This document shows positions 8,647 through 17,956 of a stretch of 64,000 nucleotides of DNA, piece after piece. The notes below the pieces were generated by a model that was not told the origin of the DNA, ran no database searches, and worked only from the letters and a program-made list of their open reading frames with translations. Source of the DNA: Ruminococcaceae bacterium UBA2857 (GTDB taxonomy: Bacteria > Bacillota > Clostridia > Oscillospirales > Acutalibacteraceae); contig DEFH01000053.1 of assembly GCA_002350705.1 (NCBI GenBank), positions 127,801-191,800 on the forward strand, written 5' to 3'. A program made the translations under genes and the position numbers. How positions within the stretch are numbered: the first letter of the stretch is position 1; every line of letters starts with the position of its first letter.

Positions 8647-9481
8647 ATTGAATGTACATGGAAATATCAAAAGCCTTGACGGAGTGTGTCAGTGCACCAA
8701 CAGAAATAATATCAACACCGCTTTCGGCAACAGCTCGGAGCGTTTCATCTGTAATACCGCCCGACGCTTCCAGAATTGCCCTGCCGTTTGTGATTTCGAC
8801 AGCCTGTTTCATGAGTTCGGGAGACATATTGTCCAGCATGATAATATCTGCTTTTGCGGCAAGAGCTTCATTCAGTTCGTCAAGATTACGTGTTTCGACT
8901 TCAATTTTGGTCATGTGGCCGATTTTCTGACGAAGTTTGGTGATAGCGTTGGTAATGCCGCCTGCTGCGTCAATGTGATTGTCTTTGAGCATGGCTGCAT
9001 CGGAAAGATTGTAGCGGTGATTTTTGGCACCGCCTGTCATGACAGCATATTTCTGTAAGGGGCGAAGTCCGGGGAGTGTCTTTCTGGTGTCAGCGATAGT
9101 GGCATTGGTGCCTGCCACAATTTTAGCATATCTGTCAGAAGCGGTGGCAATGCCGCTCATGTGCTGAATGAGATTCAATGCCGTGCGTTCACCTTTGAGA
9201 AGGACAGCCGTTTTGCCTTTCAACGTAAGAATGACATCACCCTTTTTGACTTCTTCACCGTCCTGTTTGAGAATGGCAAAAGAAATGCTTTCATCAAGAA
9301 TCTGAAACACTCTGACAGCGATTTCCGTGCCGCATACAATGCCGTCGGCTTTGGCGACAAATTTTCCGTCCCCCTCCTGTCCGGCAGGAATCAGATAGTC
9401 TGTTGTGACATCACAATAATTGATGTCCTCCAAAAGTGCGGTTTTGATAAGATTGTCCACATAGATTTTATTCAGTATCAT
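8645..9481 (-). CDS. nadC: nicotinate-nucleotide pyrophosphorylase (carboxylating)
   Basis: The 278-aa product carries 'ERTALNLIQHMSGIAT', 'TRKTLPGLR' and 'DIIMLDNM', the quinolinate phosphoribosyltransferase motifs. Confidence 0.9.
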   Translation of the reverse strand: MILNKIYVDNLIKTALLEDINYCDVTTDYLIPAGQEGDGKFVAKADGIVCGTEIAVRVFQILDESISFAILKQDGEEVKKGDVILTLKGKTAVLLKGERTALNLIQHMSGIATASDRYAKIVAGTNATIADTRKTLPGLRPLQKYAVMTGGAKNHRYNLSDAAMLKDNHIDAAGGITNAITKLRQKIGHMTKIEVETRNLDELNEALAAKADIIMLDNMSPELMKQAVEITNGRAILEASGGITDETLRAVAESGVDIISVGALTHSVKAFDISMYIQ

Positions 9482-10943
9482 GTTGATTCATAACCTCCTG
9501 CAATACAATGCAAGCCACTGTGGCAAGACTTCTTGCCTCTACAAAGTCCTGATTGACGGTATAGCCGCCGTTGTTGAGCGTGTCGAGAATTTCTTTGGAG
9601 CGTTTCAGACCGTCAGGCACTGCCTCAGGCTTGGGAATGACAAAATGACAGTCCTGCATGATTTTTCTGATTTCGGTTCTGAAACCGTGAGGAAGTTCTT
9701 TGCCGCTCAAATCTTCCTGTTCCGCAAAGTCGGGGAAAGGCGTATTGTCTTCTTTCTGAAGTCTTGCGGTGATGTCGTTGGCGGCTCTGCGGGAGAATAC
9801 CAGTGCTTCCAATAAAGAGTTGCTTGCGAGCCTGTTGGCACCGTGTACGCCCGTATGGGAACATTCGCCTGCGGCATAGAGTCTGTCAACCGTAGTACGT
9901 GCATACAGGTCTACATCAATACCGCCCATCAGATAGTGCTGACACGGGAATACCGGTATCCATTGTTTGGTAATATCAATATTTTCTTCGAGACACTTTT
10001 CATATATCATGGGGAAACGGTTTCTGACAAACTCGGGATCTTTGTGAGTAATATCCAGATAGAATTTTTCATTGCCTTTGGCACGGGATTCCAGCATAAT
10101 AGCATTGGAAACGACATCTCTCGGAGCAAGTTCTCCGCGAGAATCATATTTTTCCGCAAATCTTTCCCCGTCACAGTTGAGCAGTACGGCACCTTCTCCA
10201 CGGACAGCCTCGCTGATTAAAAATCTTTCCCTGTCATTTTCAGCGGCAAAGGCAGTCGGATGGAACTGTATCAGACTAAGGTTTTTGATTTTTGCCCCCA
10301 GCATATAGGCCAGTGTAATGCCGTCACCTGTTGCAATGGCAGAGTTGGTAGTGTATTGATAAACTCTTCCGATTCCGCCTGACGCCATAATGCAGTAATG
10401 AGCAGCGATTATTTTGGAAGAACCGTCAGAGAAAATCAAACCTGCCAGAAATCCTTTGTCTGTCTTTTCGAGCTTGTAAAGGAGCGTGTGGTCAAGAATT
10501 TCGATATTTTTGTGCGTTTGCACCTGTTCAATCAGGGTTTCCACGATAGCCTTGCCGGTGGAGTCCTTGTGATGAACGATTCTGTGACGGGAGTGACCTG
10601 CTTCCAGCGTCATCTGGAGCCGTCCACGCTCATCCAAATCAAAAGCCACGCCCATTTCTTTGAGTTTCATAACGTCATCGGGACCTTCGGATACAAGTAC
10701 CTCAATTGCCTGCAAATTATTTTTATATTTGCCTGCAATGAGCGTATCGGCAATGTGAAGCTTGAAATTGTCATTGCTTTTATCGAGAACGGCAGCCACA
10801 CCGCCCTGTGCAAGAGAAGAATTCGAGAGTGTCAGTTCCCGCTTGGAAATCATCAGTACACGCACATTTTCAGGGAACTGTAAGGCGGCATATAAGCCGG
10901 CTGCACCGGAACCGACTATCAGGACATCATACTCTTTGTTCAT
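9468..10943 (-). CDS. nadB: L-aspartate oxidase
   Basis: 'YDVLIVGSGAAGLYAAL' is an FAD fold. 'AQGGVAAV' and 'RLYAAGECSHTGVHGANRLASNSLLE' are L-aspartate oxidase / succinate dehydrogenase flavoprotein-family motifs. It overlaps nadC by 14 nt. Confidence 0.9.
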   Translation of the reverse strand: MNKEYDVLIVGSGAAGLYAALQFPENVRVLMISKRELTLSNSSLAQGGVAAVLDKSNDNFKLHIADTLIAGKYKNNLQAIEVLVSEGPDDVMKLKEMGVAFDLDERGRLQMTLEAGHSRHRIVHHKDSTGKAIVETLIEQVQTHKNIEILDHTLLYKLEKTDKGFLAGLIFSDGSSKIIAAHYCIMASGGIGRVYQYTTNSAIATGDGITLAYMLGAKIKNLSLIQFHPTAFAAENDRERFLISEAVRGEGAVLLNCDGERFAEKYDSRGELAPRDVVSNAIMLESRAKGNEKFYLDITHKDPEFVRNRFPMIYEKCLEENIDITKQWIPVFPCQHYLMGGIDVDLYARTTVDRLYAAGECSHTGVHGANRLASNSLLEALVFSRRAANDITARLQKEDNTPFPDFAEQEDLSGKELPHGFRTEIRKIMQDCHFVIPKPEAVPDGLKRSKEILDTLNNGGYTVNQDFVEARSLATVACIVLQEVMNQHDTE

Positions 10944-11021
10944 AAAAATCAGCCTCTTTTACTAATTAAAATCGTGTTAGGAGTATTATAGCACAATTTG
11001 TCATAAATTGAAACAGCATTA

Positions 11022-12434
11022 TCAAAAATCTTCTTCATCATAATCGGGATACTGTTCGGGAGCTTTTCCGACAGATTTCCAGAGAACGGCCTCGGGACAT
11101 TCTTCCTCCGTTACGGAAAGAAGTTTGCATTGAAAACGCCACTCGTCACCAAAATCAAACAAATACAAAAACGGTTTTTTCTCTTTCAGTACTTCATAAA
11201 GGGTATGTTCCTGTGTCAGGGGATAGCGGTTGTCGATACCGTCACAATAATAGGCATTGTCACTCCATGCGTGATTGTCCGTGAAAAAGGCATAGGCATG
11301 GTCATTGTCAAAATCAAAAGCCTGTTGTATGGCGTTGTGCAGTTCTTCCAGTGTGGCATTGGCGGAAATTTTGATATGTCTGTAGCAGCCCTTGTCAACG
11401 GAAACGGATATTTTGTAAGTAAGCGGTTTGTCGGAATAGACCGTTTCGGAAGAGGCAGGCTCGGTGTCGGAAGAATCCATCAGATCGAAAAACTGTGAGA
11501 AAAAGGGCATGATTTCCTGAGCAAGTGACATAAGGGTATCTTGGGTAATACATTCGGGCATATTTTGTTGAAATGTCAGAGCGACGTTGATTTTGTCACA
11601 GAAATCCTTTATCAGCGTGTAAAATACGGGATGGCGGCAGATAATGGCAGAGGGTTTTCCGAATTGTCGGGAGAGATTCAGAATCAGGTCGGCACATTTG
11701 AAAGCAAGATTATCATCTTTTTCTATCTCAAGTGTCTGAAGCAGTTCTCCGTCTGCGATATCCACAGCATAAAATGCACAGGGAAAATGTGAACCGTTTT
11801 GAATGGGCACTTCAAACGGAGAGAGAAACGTATCCACAAATATTTGTCTTTTGGTGCTGTTCATTGCCTGAAGTTCTGCAAGGCTGTCGTTCTGTCGGAA
11901 TGTGATACCGATTTTGGAATGAAATTCAAAGAAATTCATTTCAGGCTCCAATAAAAGAATCGCACCGTTGGAAGTTTTGTTGATGGTCATGCCTTTCCGA
12001 TAAAGCTGTAAATCATAGCGTTCAAAAGCCTTTACCAGTGATTCCATGACATCAAGCAATAAGGCTGTTGTTTTTTTGTCTTCCACTTCCAGAATATAGC
12101 CGTTTCTGAATTCGTCAAATGAAAATATATCCTGATCGGGATCAATTTCGTTTCCCAATTCAATGTCCCATGAGCCTACAAAGGCGTTTTGCAGAAAGGA
12201 AATGGGAATGATACATCCTTCTTCTTTATCCGCCAGTATCTCCTGTGACAAGGCGTAATATTCTGCCGTGGTATACACGCCCAGTCCGTAAATACCGGAA
12301 CATTCCCTGAAAACACGGACAAATGTTTCCTGACTGTTTGTATTTTTGACGGAAATATAGCTTTCTTCATTGAAAGAATCCCAAAAGCCGTCTTTCAGAA
12401 GTTGTGCAGCAAGTTGATTGATTTTATTTTCCAT
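11022..12434 (-). CDS. protein with a C-terminal pRiA4_ORF3 (MM3350-like) domain and an unrecognised N-terminal region
   Basis: The C-terminal 'YKISVSVDKGCYRHIKISANATLEELHNAIQQAFDFDNDHAYAFF...LYLFDFGDEWRFQCKLL' fits the plasmid pRiA4b ORF-3 family pattern. Confidence 0.55.
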   Translation of the reverse strand: MENKINQLAAQLLKDGFWDSFNEESYISVKNTNSQETFVRVFRECSGIYGLGVYTTAEYYALSQEILADKEEGCIIPISFLQNAFVGSWDIELGNEIDPDQDIFSFDEFRNGYILEVEDKKTTALLLDVMESLVKAFERYDLQLYRKGMTINKTSNGAILLLEPEMNFFEFHSKIGITFRQNDSLAELQAMNSTKRQIFVDTFLSPFEVPIQNGSHFPCAFYAVDIADGELLQTLEIEKDDNLAFKCADLILNLSRQFGKPSAIICRHPVFYTLIKDFCDKINVALTFQQNMPECITQDTLMSLAQEIMPFFSQFFDLMDSSDTEPASSETVYSDKPLTYKISVSVDKGCYRHIKISANATLEELHNAIQQAFDFDNDHAYAFFTDNHAWSDNAYYCDGIDNRYPLTQEHTLYEVLKEKKPFLYLFDFGDEWRFQCKLLSVTEEECPEAVLWKSVGKAPEQYPDYDEEDF

Positions 12435-12560
12435 TTTTTGTGACAGACATCCTTTCGATTAAAAAATATTTCTCTTTCATATTAACATATATTTAGCATA
12501 ATAACAATATTTTTATCTTTCTAAAAATAAAAAATTATGGTATAATGTTGATACTGTAAA

Positions 12561-13838
12561 TTGACGAAAAAGGACAGTGATGCTATGGAAATGCATGAAA
12601 ATGCCGAAAAAATACAAAGAGCCCTGTTAGTGGGCATTGATACGGGAGAATATGATGCGGAAAACTCCATGAAGGAACTGTATGAGCTGGTGAAAAGTGC
12701 CGGAGCAGAACCGGTGGCATCTGTCATGCAGAAGCGTGACAAGCCTGACGGAGCAACTTGTATCGGTTCGGGACGCTTGGAAGAAATCAAAGAATTTTGC
12801 GGCCGGAATGAAATTGACTTTATCGTGTTTGACACGGAACTGACTCCCACGCAAATCAGGAATATTGAAAATGAAACGGATGTCAGAACCATTGACCGTA
12901 CCATGCTGATACTGGATATTTTTGCGATTCGTGCCAAGACAAACGAGGGTAAATTACAAGTAGAACTGGCACAGTTAAAGTATCTCATGCCGAGACTGTC
13001 GGGCAAAGGCAAGGAAATGTCCCGTCTGGGCGGCGGTGTCGGTACCAGAGGTCCGGGTGAGACCAAGCTCGAAACGGATAAAAGGCACATCCGCAGAAAA
13101 ATCGAATATCTTAAAGAAGAACTTGCAAGAATGACCAACAGGCGTGAACAGCTCCGTGCAAGACGTAAAAAAGATGGGATTATTACGGTTGCGATTGTGG
13201 GCTATACCAATGCGGGAAAGTCCACTTTGATGAATACACTCACACAGGCAGGCGTTTTGTCGGAAAACAAGCTGTTTGCAACACTGGACCCGACTTCAAG
13301 GGCATTGAAACTGCCGAATGGTGTGTCTGTCATGCTGATTGATACCGTCGGCCTTGTCCGCAGACTGCCGCACCATTTGGTAGAGGCTTTCAAGTCCACA
13401 CTCGAAGAAGCGGCTTTAGCGGATATCATATTGAATGTGTGTGATGCGTCAAGTGAGGAATTTGAACTGCATCTGGAGGTCACCGGCAAACTTTTATCGG
13501 AGTTGGGATGCAGTGACAGACCGATTCTCTCTGTTTTTAATAAATGTGATTTGGTGGGAAATCCCGATGATTTGCCGATGGGCAGGGAAAGTGTCCGTAT
13601 CTGTGCCAAAACAGGCGTGGGAATGGGGGAACTTCTGAGAGCCATTGAAAGGAATCTGCCTGTCCGTCTGAGAAAATTCACGCTTTTGGTGCCGTTTGAC
13701 AAAGCCTCTGTGATAGCTGTCCTGCGAAAAGCGGGTGCTTTGCAGTCGGAAGAGTATACAAGTGACGGCATAAAAGTGGAAGCCATTGTCGAAGAACCAC
13801 TCTGGCATATGGTCGAGCATTATCAGACCGATTTTTAA
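12561..13838 (+). CDS. hflX: GTPase HflX
   Basis: It has the HflX N-terminal domain plus 'VAIVGYTNAGKSTLMN', 'DTVGL' and 'NKCD' G motifs. The start is uncertain (TTG 12561 or ATG 12585). Confidence 0.9.
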   Translation: MTKKDSDAMEMHENAEKIQRALLVGIDTGEYDAENSMKELYELVKSAGAEPVASVMQKRDKPDGATCIGSGRLEEIKEFCGRNEIDFIVFDTELTPTQIRNIENETDVRTIDRTMLILDIFAIRAKTNEGKLQVELAQLKYLMPRLSGKGKEMSRLGGGVGTRGPGETKLETDKRHIRRKIEYLKEELARMTNRREQLRARRKKDGIITVAIVGYTNAGKSTLMNTLTQAGVLSENKLFATLDPTSRALKLPNGVSVMLIDTVGLVRRLPHHLVEAFKSTLEEAALADIILNVCDASSEEFELHLEVTGKLLSELGCSDRPILSVFNKCDLVGNPDDLPMGRESVRICAKTGVGMGELLRAIERNLPVRLRKFTLLVPFDKASVIAVLRKAGALQSEEYTSDGIKVEAIVEEPLWHMVEHYQTDF

Positions 13839-13953
13839 CCGAAAACTTACTTGACACAAATCAAAGATGGTATTATAATTTTATTCGTGTTTGATGGGGA
13901 AACATACAACAAAAAATTTGAAATTTTCTTTTTACATGAGGGGTTTTGTAGTG

Positions 13954-15897
13954 ATGAAAATTTTTAATTCAAGGGAAACAGAATATCGGAGTCCTGTGGG
14001 AGCGATTCCATTCGGAACAAGTATTCATTTCCGTATCGTTTTGCCGAGAAATCTGAAATGTACGGGAGCCTTTCTGGCTGTCAAAGACGACAAGTACGGT
14101 GATACGGATAACTATGGAATGTTCTGGGCAGGCATGGTGGGGGATGACCACGAACAATGGGAATGTGATGTGAAAGTCGATGCAGTAGGTTTGTACTGGT
14201 ATCATTTCGGACTGGACACCTGTCAGGGCAGACGTTACGTCATGAAGCAGGGCTTTGGTGAGGGGTATCTTGCCATGAGTGATTGTGAACCAAGATTTCA
14301 GCTTACCTGCTATGATGCCGATTTTAAAACACCCGACTGGCTGCCGGGCGGTATCATGTATCAGATTTTTCCTGACAGATTCTGTTTTTCCGGTGAGAAA
14401 AAAGAGGGAATCTATCCCGACAAGAAAATCCAGACAGACTGGAATGTGATTCCCGACTGGAGACCAAATGAGTTTGGTATGATTACCAATTCGGATTTCT
14501 TTCAGGGCGATCTCAAAGGCATTACCATGAAGCTGCCGTATCTGAAAAGTCTGGGTGTAAGCTGTATTTATCTGAATCCCATATTTGAGGCTTATTCCAA
14601 TCACCGTTACGATACGGGTGACTATGAAAAAATTGATCCTGTACTGGGGACAGAGGAAGATTTTAAAGAGCTTTGCGAAGAAGCCAAAAAACTGGACATC
14701 AGAATTATCAATGATGGTGTGTTCAGTCATACGGGCAGTGACAGTAAATACTTCAACCGTGAGAACCGTTATCCGGGTAACGGTGCGTATAATTCCAAGG
14801 AATCCCCGTATTATACATGGTACAAATTCATTGAATGGCCCAATATCTATAATTCATGGTGGGGCTTTCATACACTTCCCGAAGTGGAGGAACTTTCCAA
14901 CTCGTTCAATGAGTATATCAACGGTGAAAACGGTATTATCCGCAAGTGGATCAGATGCGGCAACAGTGGCTGGCGGCTGGATGTAGCGGACGAATTGCCC
15001 GATGAATTCATTGAATATATCCGTGAGGCTGTCAAGGCAGAGAATCCGGATGCTTTGCTTTTGGGAGAAGTCTGGGAAGATGCCTCCAATAAAGAAAGCT
15101 ATGGCTCAAGAAGACGTTTCCTGTACGGAAAAGAACTGGACAGCGTGATGAACTATCCGTTCAGAGATGCCATTTTAGGTTTTCTGGACTGCGGAGACGG
15201 CAAGAATATGCTGGAAATTGTCATGACGGTAGTGGAAAACTATCCGAGACCGGTTCTGCGTTCTTTGATGAATCTGCTTGGTACGCATGACACCGAAAGA
15301 GTGATTACACTTTTGGCAGGGGAAAAGCAGTACGGCAGAGGCAGAGAATGGCAGGCGGCAACAAGACTTTCTCCCGAACAGAGAGAATACGGTCTCAGAC
15401 GAATGAGGCTGGCAAGCGGTATTTTGTATACATTGCCGGGTGTACCGTGTATTTACTATGGTGATGAAGTCGGTGTGGAGGGTTACAAAGATCCGTTTAA
15501 CCGTGCGACATTCCCTTGGGGACGTGAGGACAAAGGCTTGCTCCAATGGTATCAGGAACTCGGAAAAATGCGTCATGCCTGTTCATGCCTGTATGACGGT
15601 GACATTAAGGACTTTGGCTCTACCGGCAGAACGATGGGTTATATCCGTTCCGATGAAAAGGATATGCTTTTGTGCGTGTTCAATGCGGCAGATTATACGA
15701 TTACGTTTCAAGTGCCGCAGGAGTTTGCAGGCGGTGAAACGTTCATGGGAACAAAGCTGGACGGTGACGAACTGACAATTCCCCGTGACAGTTGTGCTTT
15801 TGTGAGAGTCAAAACACCCGAAAAACCTGTTGTGATTGCAGTCGAATCCGAAGAACCCACAGCAGACGACAGCGAAAAAATTTCTGAAACAGAATAA
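13954..15897 (+). CDS. GH13 alpha-amylase family enzyme (neopullulanase/cyclomaltodextrinase-like), cytoplasmic
   Basis: 'GVSCIYLNPIF...NHRYDT', 'GWRLDVADE', 'LLGEVWED' and 'LLGTHDTER' correspond to GH13 conserved regions I-IV. There is no signal peptide. The start is GTG 13951 or ATG 13954, after GAGGGG. Confidence 0.85.
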   Translation: MKIFNSRETEYRSPVGAIPFGTSIHFRIVLPRNLKCTGAFLAVKDDKYGDTDNYGMFWAGMVGDDHEQWECDVKVDAVGLYWYHFGLDTCQGRRYVMKQGFGEGYLAMSDCEPRFQLTCYDADFKTPDWLPGGIMYQIFPDRFCFSGEKKEGIYPDKKIQTDWNVIPDWRPNEFGMITNSDFFQGDLKGITMKLPYLKSLGVSCIYLNPIFEAYSNHRYDTGDYEKIDPVLGTEEDFKELCEEAKKLDIRIINDGVFSHTGSDSKYFNRENRYPGNGAYNSKESPYYTWYKFIEWPNIYNSWWGFHTLPEVEELSNSFNEYINGENGIIRKWIRCGNSGWRLDVADELPDEFIEYIREAVKAENPDALLLGEVWEDASNKESYGSRRRFLYGKELDSVMNYPFRDAILGFLDCGDGKNMLEIVMTVVENYPRPVLRSLMNLLGTHDTERVITLLAGEKQYGRGREWQAATRLSPEQREYGLRRMRLASGILYTLPGVPCIYYGDEVGVEGYKDPFNRATFPWGREDKGLLQWYQELGKMRHACSCLYDGDIKDFGSTGRTMGYIRSDEKDMLLCVFNAADYTITFQVPQEFAGGETFMGTKLDGDELTIPRDSCAFVRVKTPEKPVVIAVESEEPTADDSEKISETE

Positions 15898-15900
15898 ATT

Positions 15901-15948
15901 TTAACAGCCTGTATGACGAAAATATCATACAGGCTGTTAAAATTTTTT
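15901..15948 (+). terminator. rho-independent terminator
   Basis: A 16-bp perfect stem (TTAACAGCCTGTATGA / TCATACAGGCTGTTAA) is followed by a T-run. Confidence 0.8.
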
Positions 15949-16020
15949 GAAAGTCCTTGTATAGCCAGGCGGAAAATCGGGTATGCTATGATTGTACCAA
16001 TTCACAGGAGGGAAACAAGT

Positions 16021-16194
16021 ATGACATCAAAAGAACTGATTTATGTAGAAGATGCTCTCGGTCACGAACAGTACTTCAAAACACAGTGTTCCGAAACAGC
16101 CAGCCGTATTCAGGACAATGAACTGCGTGCCTTTGCACAGGAGATTCAGAGACAGCACCAAATAATTTTTCAGAACTTTTACGACTTGCTTTGA
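16021..16194 (+). CDS. small spore-coat-associated protein (partner of the CotF-like protein)
   Basis: ATG at 16021 follows AGGAGGG. The 57-aa product is 'MTSKELIYVEDALGHEQYF...'. The longer track ORF overlaps the upstream terminator. Confidence 0.45.
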   Translation: MTSKELIYVEDALGHEQYFKTQCSETASRIQDNELRAFAQEIQRQHQIIFQNFYDLL

Positions 16195-16208
16195 GGAGGA
16201 GAACGGAC

Positions 16209-16451
16209 ATGGACGACAGAAACTTAATGGAGAATATGCTTTTGCTGGAAAAGGGTGTATGTGACCTGTTCATGCACGGCACGATTGAGTCATCGAGTGC
16301 AGATGTGCATCAGGCATTTTCCGATTCCCTGAATACCGCCCTAAACATTCAGGAACAGATCTACAGCAAGATGGAAGCAAGAGGCTGGTACAAGTCCGAA
16401 CAGGCTGACCAGGGCAAAATGGATTCCGTCAGAATGAAATACAGCAGCTGA
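16209..16451 (+). CDS. spore coat protein, CotF-like (Coat_F domain)
   Basis: 'DRNLMENMLLLEKGVCDLFMHGTIESSSADVHQAFSDSLNTAL' fits the Coat F pattern. GAGGAGGA lies upstream of ATG 16209. Confidence 0.6.
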   Translation: MDDRNLMENMLLLEKGVCDLFMHGTIESSSADVHQAFSDSLNTALNIQEQIYSKMEARGWYKSEQADQGKMDSVRMKYSS

Positions 16452-16458
16452 ATGAAAA

Positions 16459-16501
16459 CTGCTCCGCAGGCTTTACGGAAAGTCTGCGGAGCAGAATTTT
16501 T
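16459..16501. terminator. bidirectional terminator between convergent genes
   Basis: An 11-bp stem (CTGCTCCGCAG / CTGCGGAGCAG) is followed by a T-run. Confidence 0.7.
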
Positions 16502-17550
16502 TATGCGGCAAGTTTGCTCTGAGCAGTGATTTGGTCGGGAGAGGTGATTCGGGTGACGGTCATACCCTGTTTTTCCAGAAGACTGACAATGCCGTCATCT
16601 CCGAGATAATGAGCGGCACCGACTACCAGCATGACTGTCTGACCGCTTTTGCTGTATTCGGCAGCTTTTTCAGCCATGTTTTCATTACGGTTGATTAAAA
16701 GTCCGCTGTTGTATTCTTCAAGGAGCTTTTTTTCTTCTTCTGTTAATTGGGATTCGTCAAATTCCTCAGCATCTTCTGCTGTCATGGTGCCGGATTTCCA
16801 ACGGGCATACAGCTCTTTTAATTCTTCCGCCTGTTCTTCAATGGAGGCATCCTCTACATATGCGGCAAGCATCATTTCGATTAACTCATCGGAAAAGCCA
16901 TTGAACAGATTCATCTGAAAATCCATGGATTCGACTTCCATAATCTGTTTGCCGTCCTGTTTGGCACGGTTTGTCAGTACCATATCAACACCTTTTTCCG
17001 AGTTCAGCCCTGCCTGAGAAATGACAATATTTTCAATCAGCGATTCCCATACCAAAGGCTTGTAATAATCATAGAGAGAATTATAGACGTTATTGTCCCG
17101 AAGAAGCTTCACAAGTTTTTCATAGGTGTCCTCGGAGAGATGGTCTTTGATGGTAGTACCGTCCGTATACATCATATCGCCCATCATCTGTACAGCGGTT
17201 TCCATATCGTCCATCAGATTGGACATATCAATTTCAAAGGACAAAGCGTCACATTCGGCATAAGCTTTTTCAAAGTAGTCGGGAAGATGGTTCACGGCAT
17301 CATCTGCCGCATGAATCGAGCCGAACAGATACAGATAACTGCCATCCGGGTTTTCCGCCTTCCATAGAGCAGGCGTGATTTCTTCGCTGTCATGGCTGTT
17401 TCCGGATGTCTGCACAGATACCTGTGATTTCTCGGCGGAGGATTCCACTTTAAAGAGCTCATCTTTTTCAACGTGTTTACAGCCTGACAGAATCGGGACA
17501 ATCATTGTGACAGCGGCAAGGGCAGTGCATAAGATTTTTTTAAAATTCAT
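16501..17550 (-). CDS. TraB/GumN family lipoprotein
   Basis: The start 'MNFKKILCTALAAVTMIVPILSGC' carries a lipobox. 'YLYLFGSIHAADD' and 'VGAAHYLGDDG' are TraB/GumN motifs. Confidence 0.7.
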   Translation of the reverse strand: MNFKKILCTALAAVTMIVPILSGCKHVEKDELFKVESSAEKSQVSVQTSGNSHDSEEITPALWKAENPDGSYLYLFGSIHAADDAVNHLPDYFEKAYAECDALSFEIDMSNLMDDMETAVQMMGDMMYTDGTTIKDHLSEDTYEKLVKLLRDNNVYNSLYDYYKPLVWESLIENIVISQAGLNSEKGVDMVLTNRAKQDGKQIMEVESMDFQMNLFNGFSDELIEMMLAAYVEDASIEEQAEELKELYARWKSGTMTAEDAEEFDESQLTEEEKKLLEEYNSGLLINRNENMAEKAAEYSKSGQTVMLVVGAAHYLGDDGIVSLLEKQGMTVTRITSPDQITAQSKLAA

Positions 17551-17615
17551 GGTCAGCATCCTTTCATAAAATAGTTCTGTGATGATTATAACAATTATTC
17601 GGAAAGAGTGCAACT

Positions 17616-17648
17616 AAAAAATCGGACACTGTGTCAAACAGTGTCCGA
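17616..17648 (-). terminator. rho-independent terminator of the 17656-17865 gene
   Basis: An 11-bp perfect stem (TCGGACACTGT / ACAGTGTCCGA) is flanked by A-runs on both sides, which read as T-runs on either strand. Confidence 0.7.
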
Positions 17649-17655
17649 AAAAAGA

Positions 17656-17865
17656 TTATTTTTTATTTTTCTTGTTGCCGAGCAATGTCAGCAGCACAAT
17701 GACAAGGGCAGCCACACCGATACCGACAATGGCAAGAATCAGTATCATGGAGTTATCGCCTGTAGCAAAGTTTTTTTCGGCAGCAGCATTGGCACTCACG
17801 GAAAATGCGGAAAATGCAGTTACAATCATGGACAGAACAGAAATGATTTTTGTTTTGATACTCAT
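17656..17865 (-). CDS. 69-aa protein made of a signal peptide, about 10 residues, a TGD motif, a TM helix and a basic tail
   Basis: AAGGAGG lies 9 nt upstream of the ATG at 17865. The product is 'MSIKTKIISVLSMIVTAFSAFSVSANA/AAEKNFATGDNSMILILAIVGIGVAALVIVLLTLLGNKKNKK'. Confidence 0.5.
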   Translation of the reverse strand: MSIKTKIISVLSMIVTAFSAFSVSANAAAEKNFATGDNSMILILAIVGIGVAALVIVLLTLLGNKKNKK

Positions 17866-17956
17866 CAACATAAACCTCCTTGATATAACAACGGGAGCAT
17901 TGCCGAATGACAATGCTCCCGTATGTAAAAAGCGGTTCACACAGAACGCTTTTTAA

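Noticed and set aside
10944-11021. A regulatory RNA upstream of nadB.
   Set aside because: The region is only 78 nt with no conserved structure that I could recognise. NAD genes in Firmicutes are typically protein-regulated (NiaR/NadR).
13891-13953. The N-terminal extension of the GH13 ORF (start at 13891).
   Set aside because: There is no RBS. The extension 'MMGKHTTKNLKFSFYMRGFVV' is not part of the family, and GAGGGG precedes GTG/ATG at 13951/13954.
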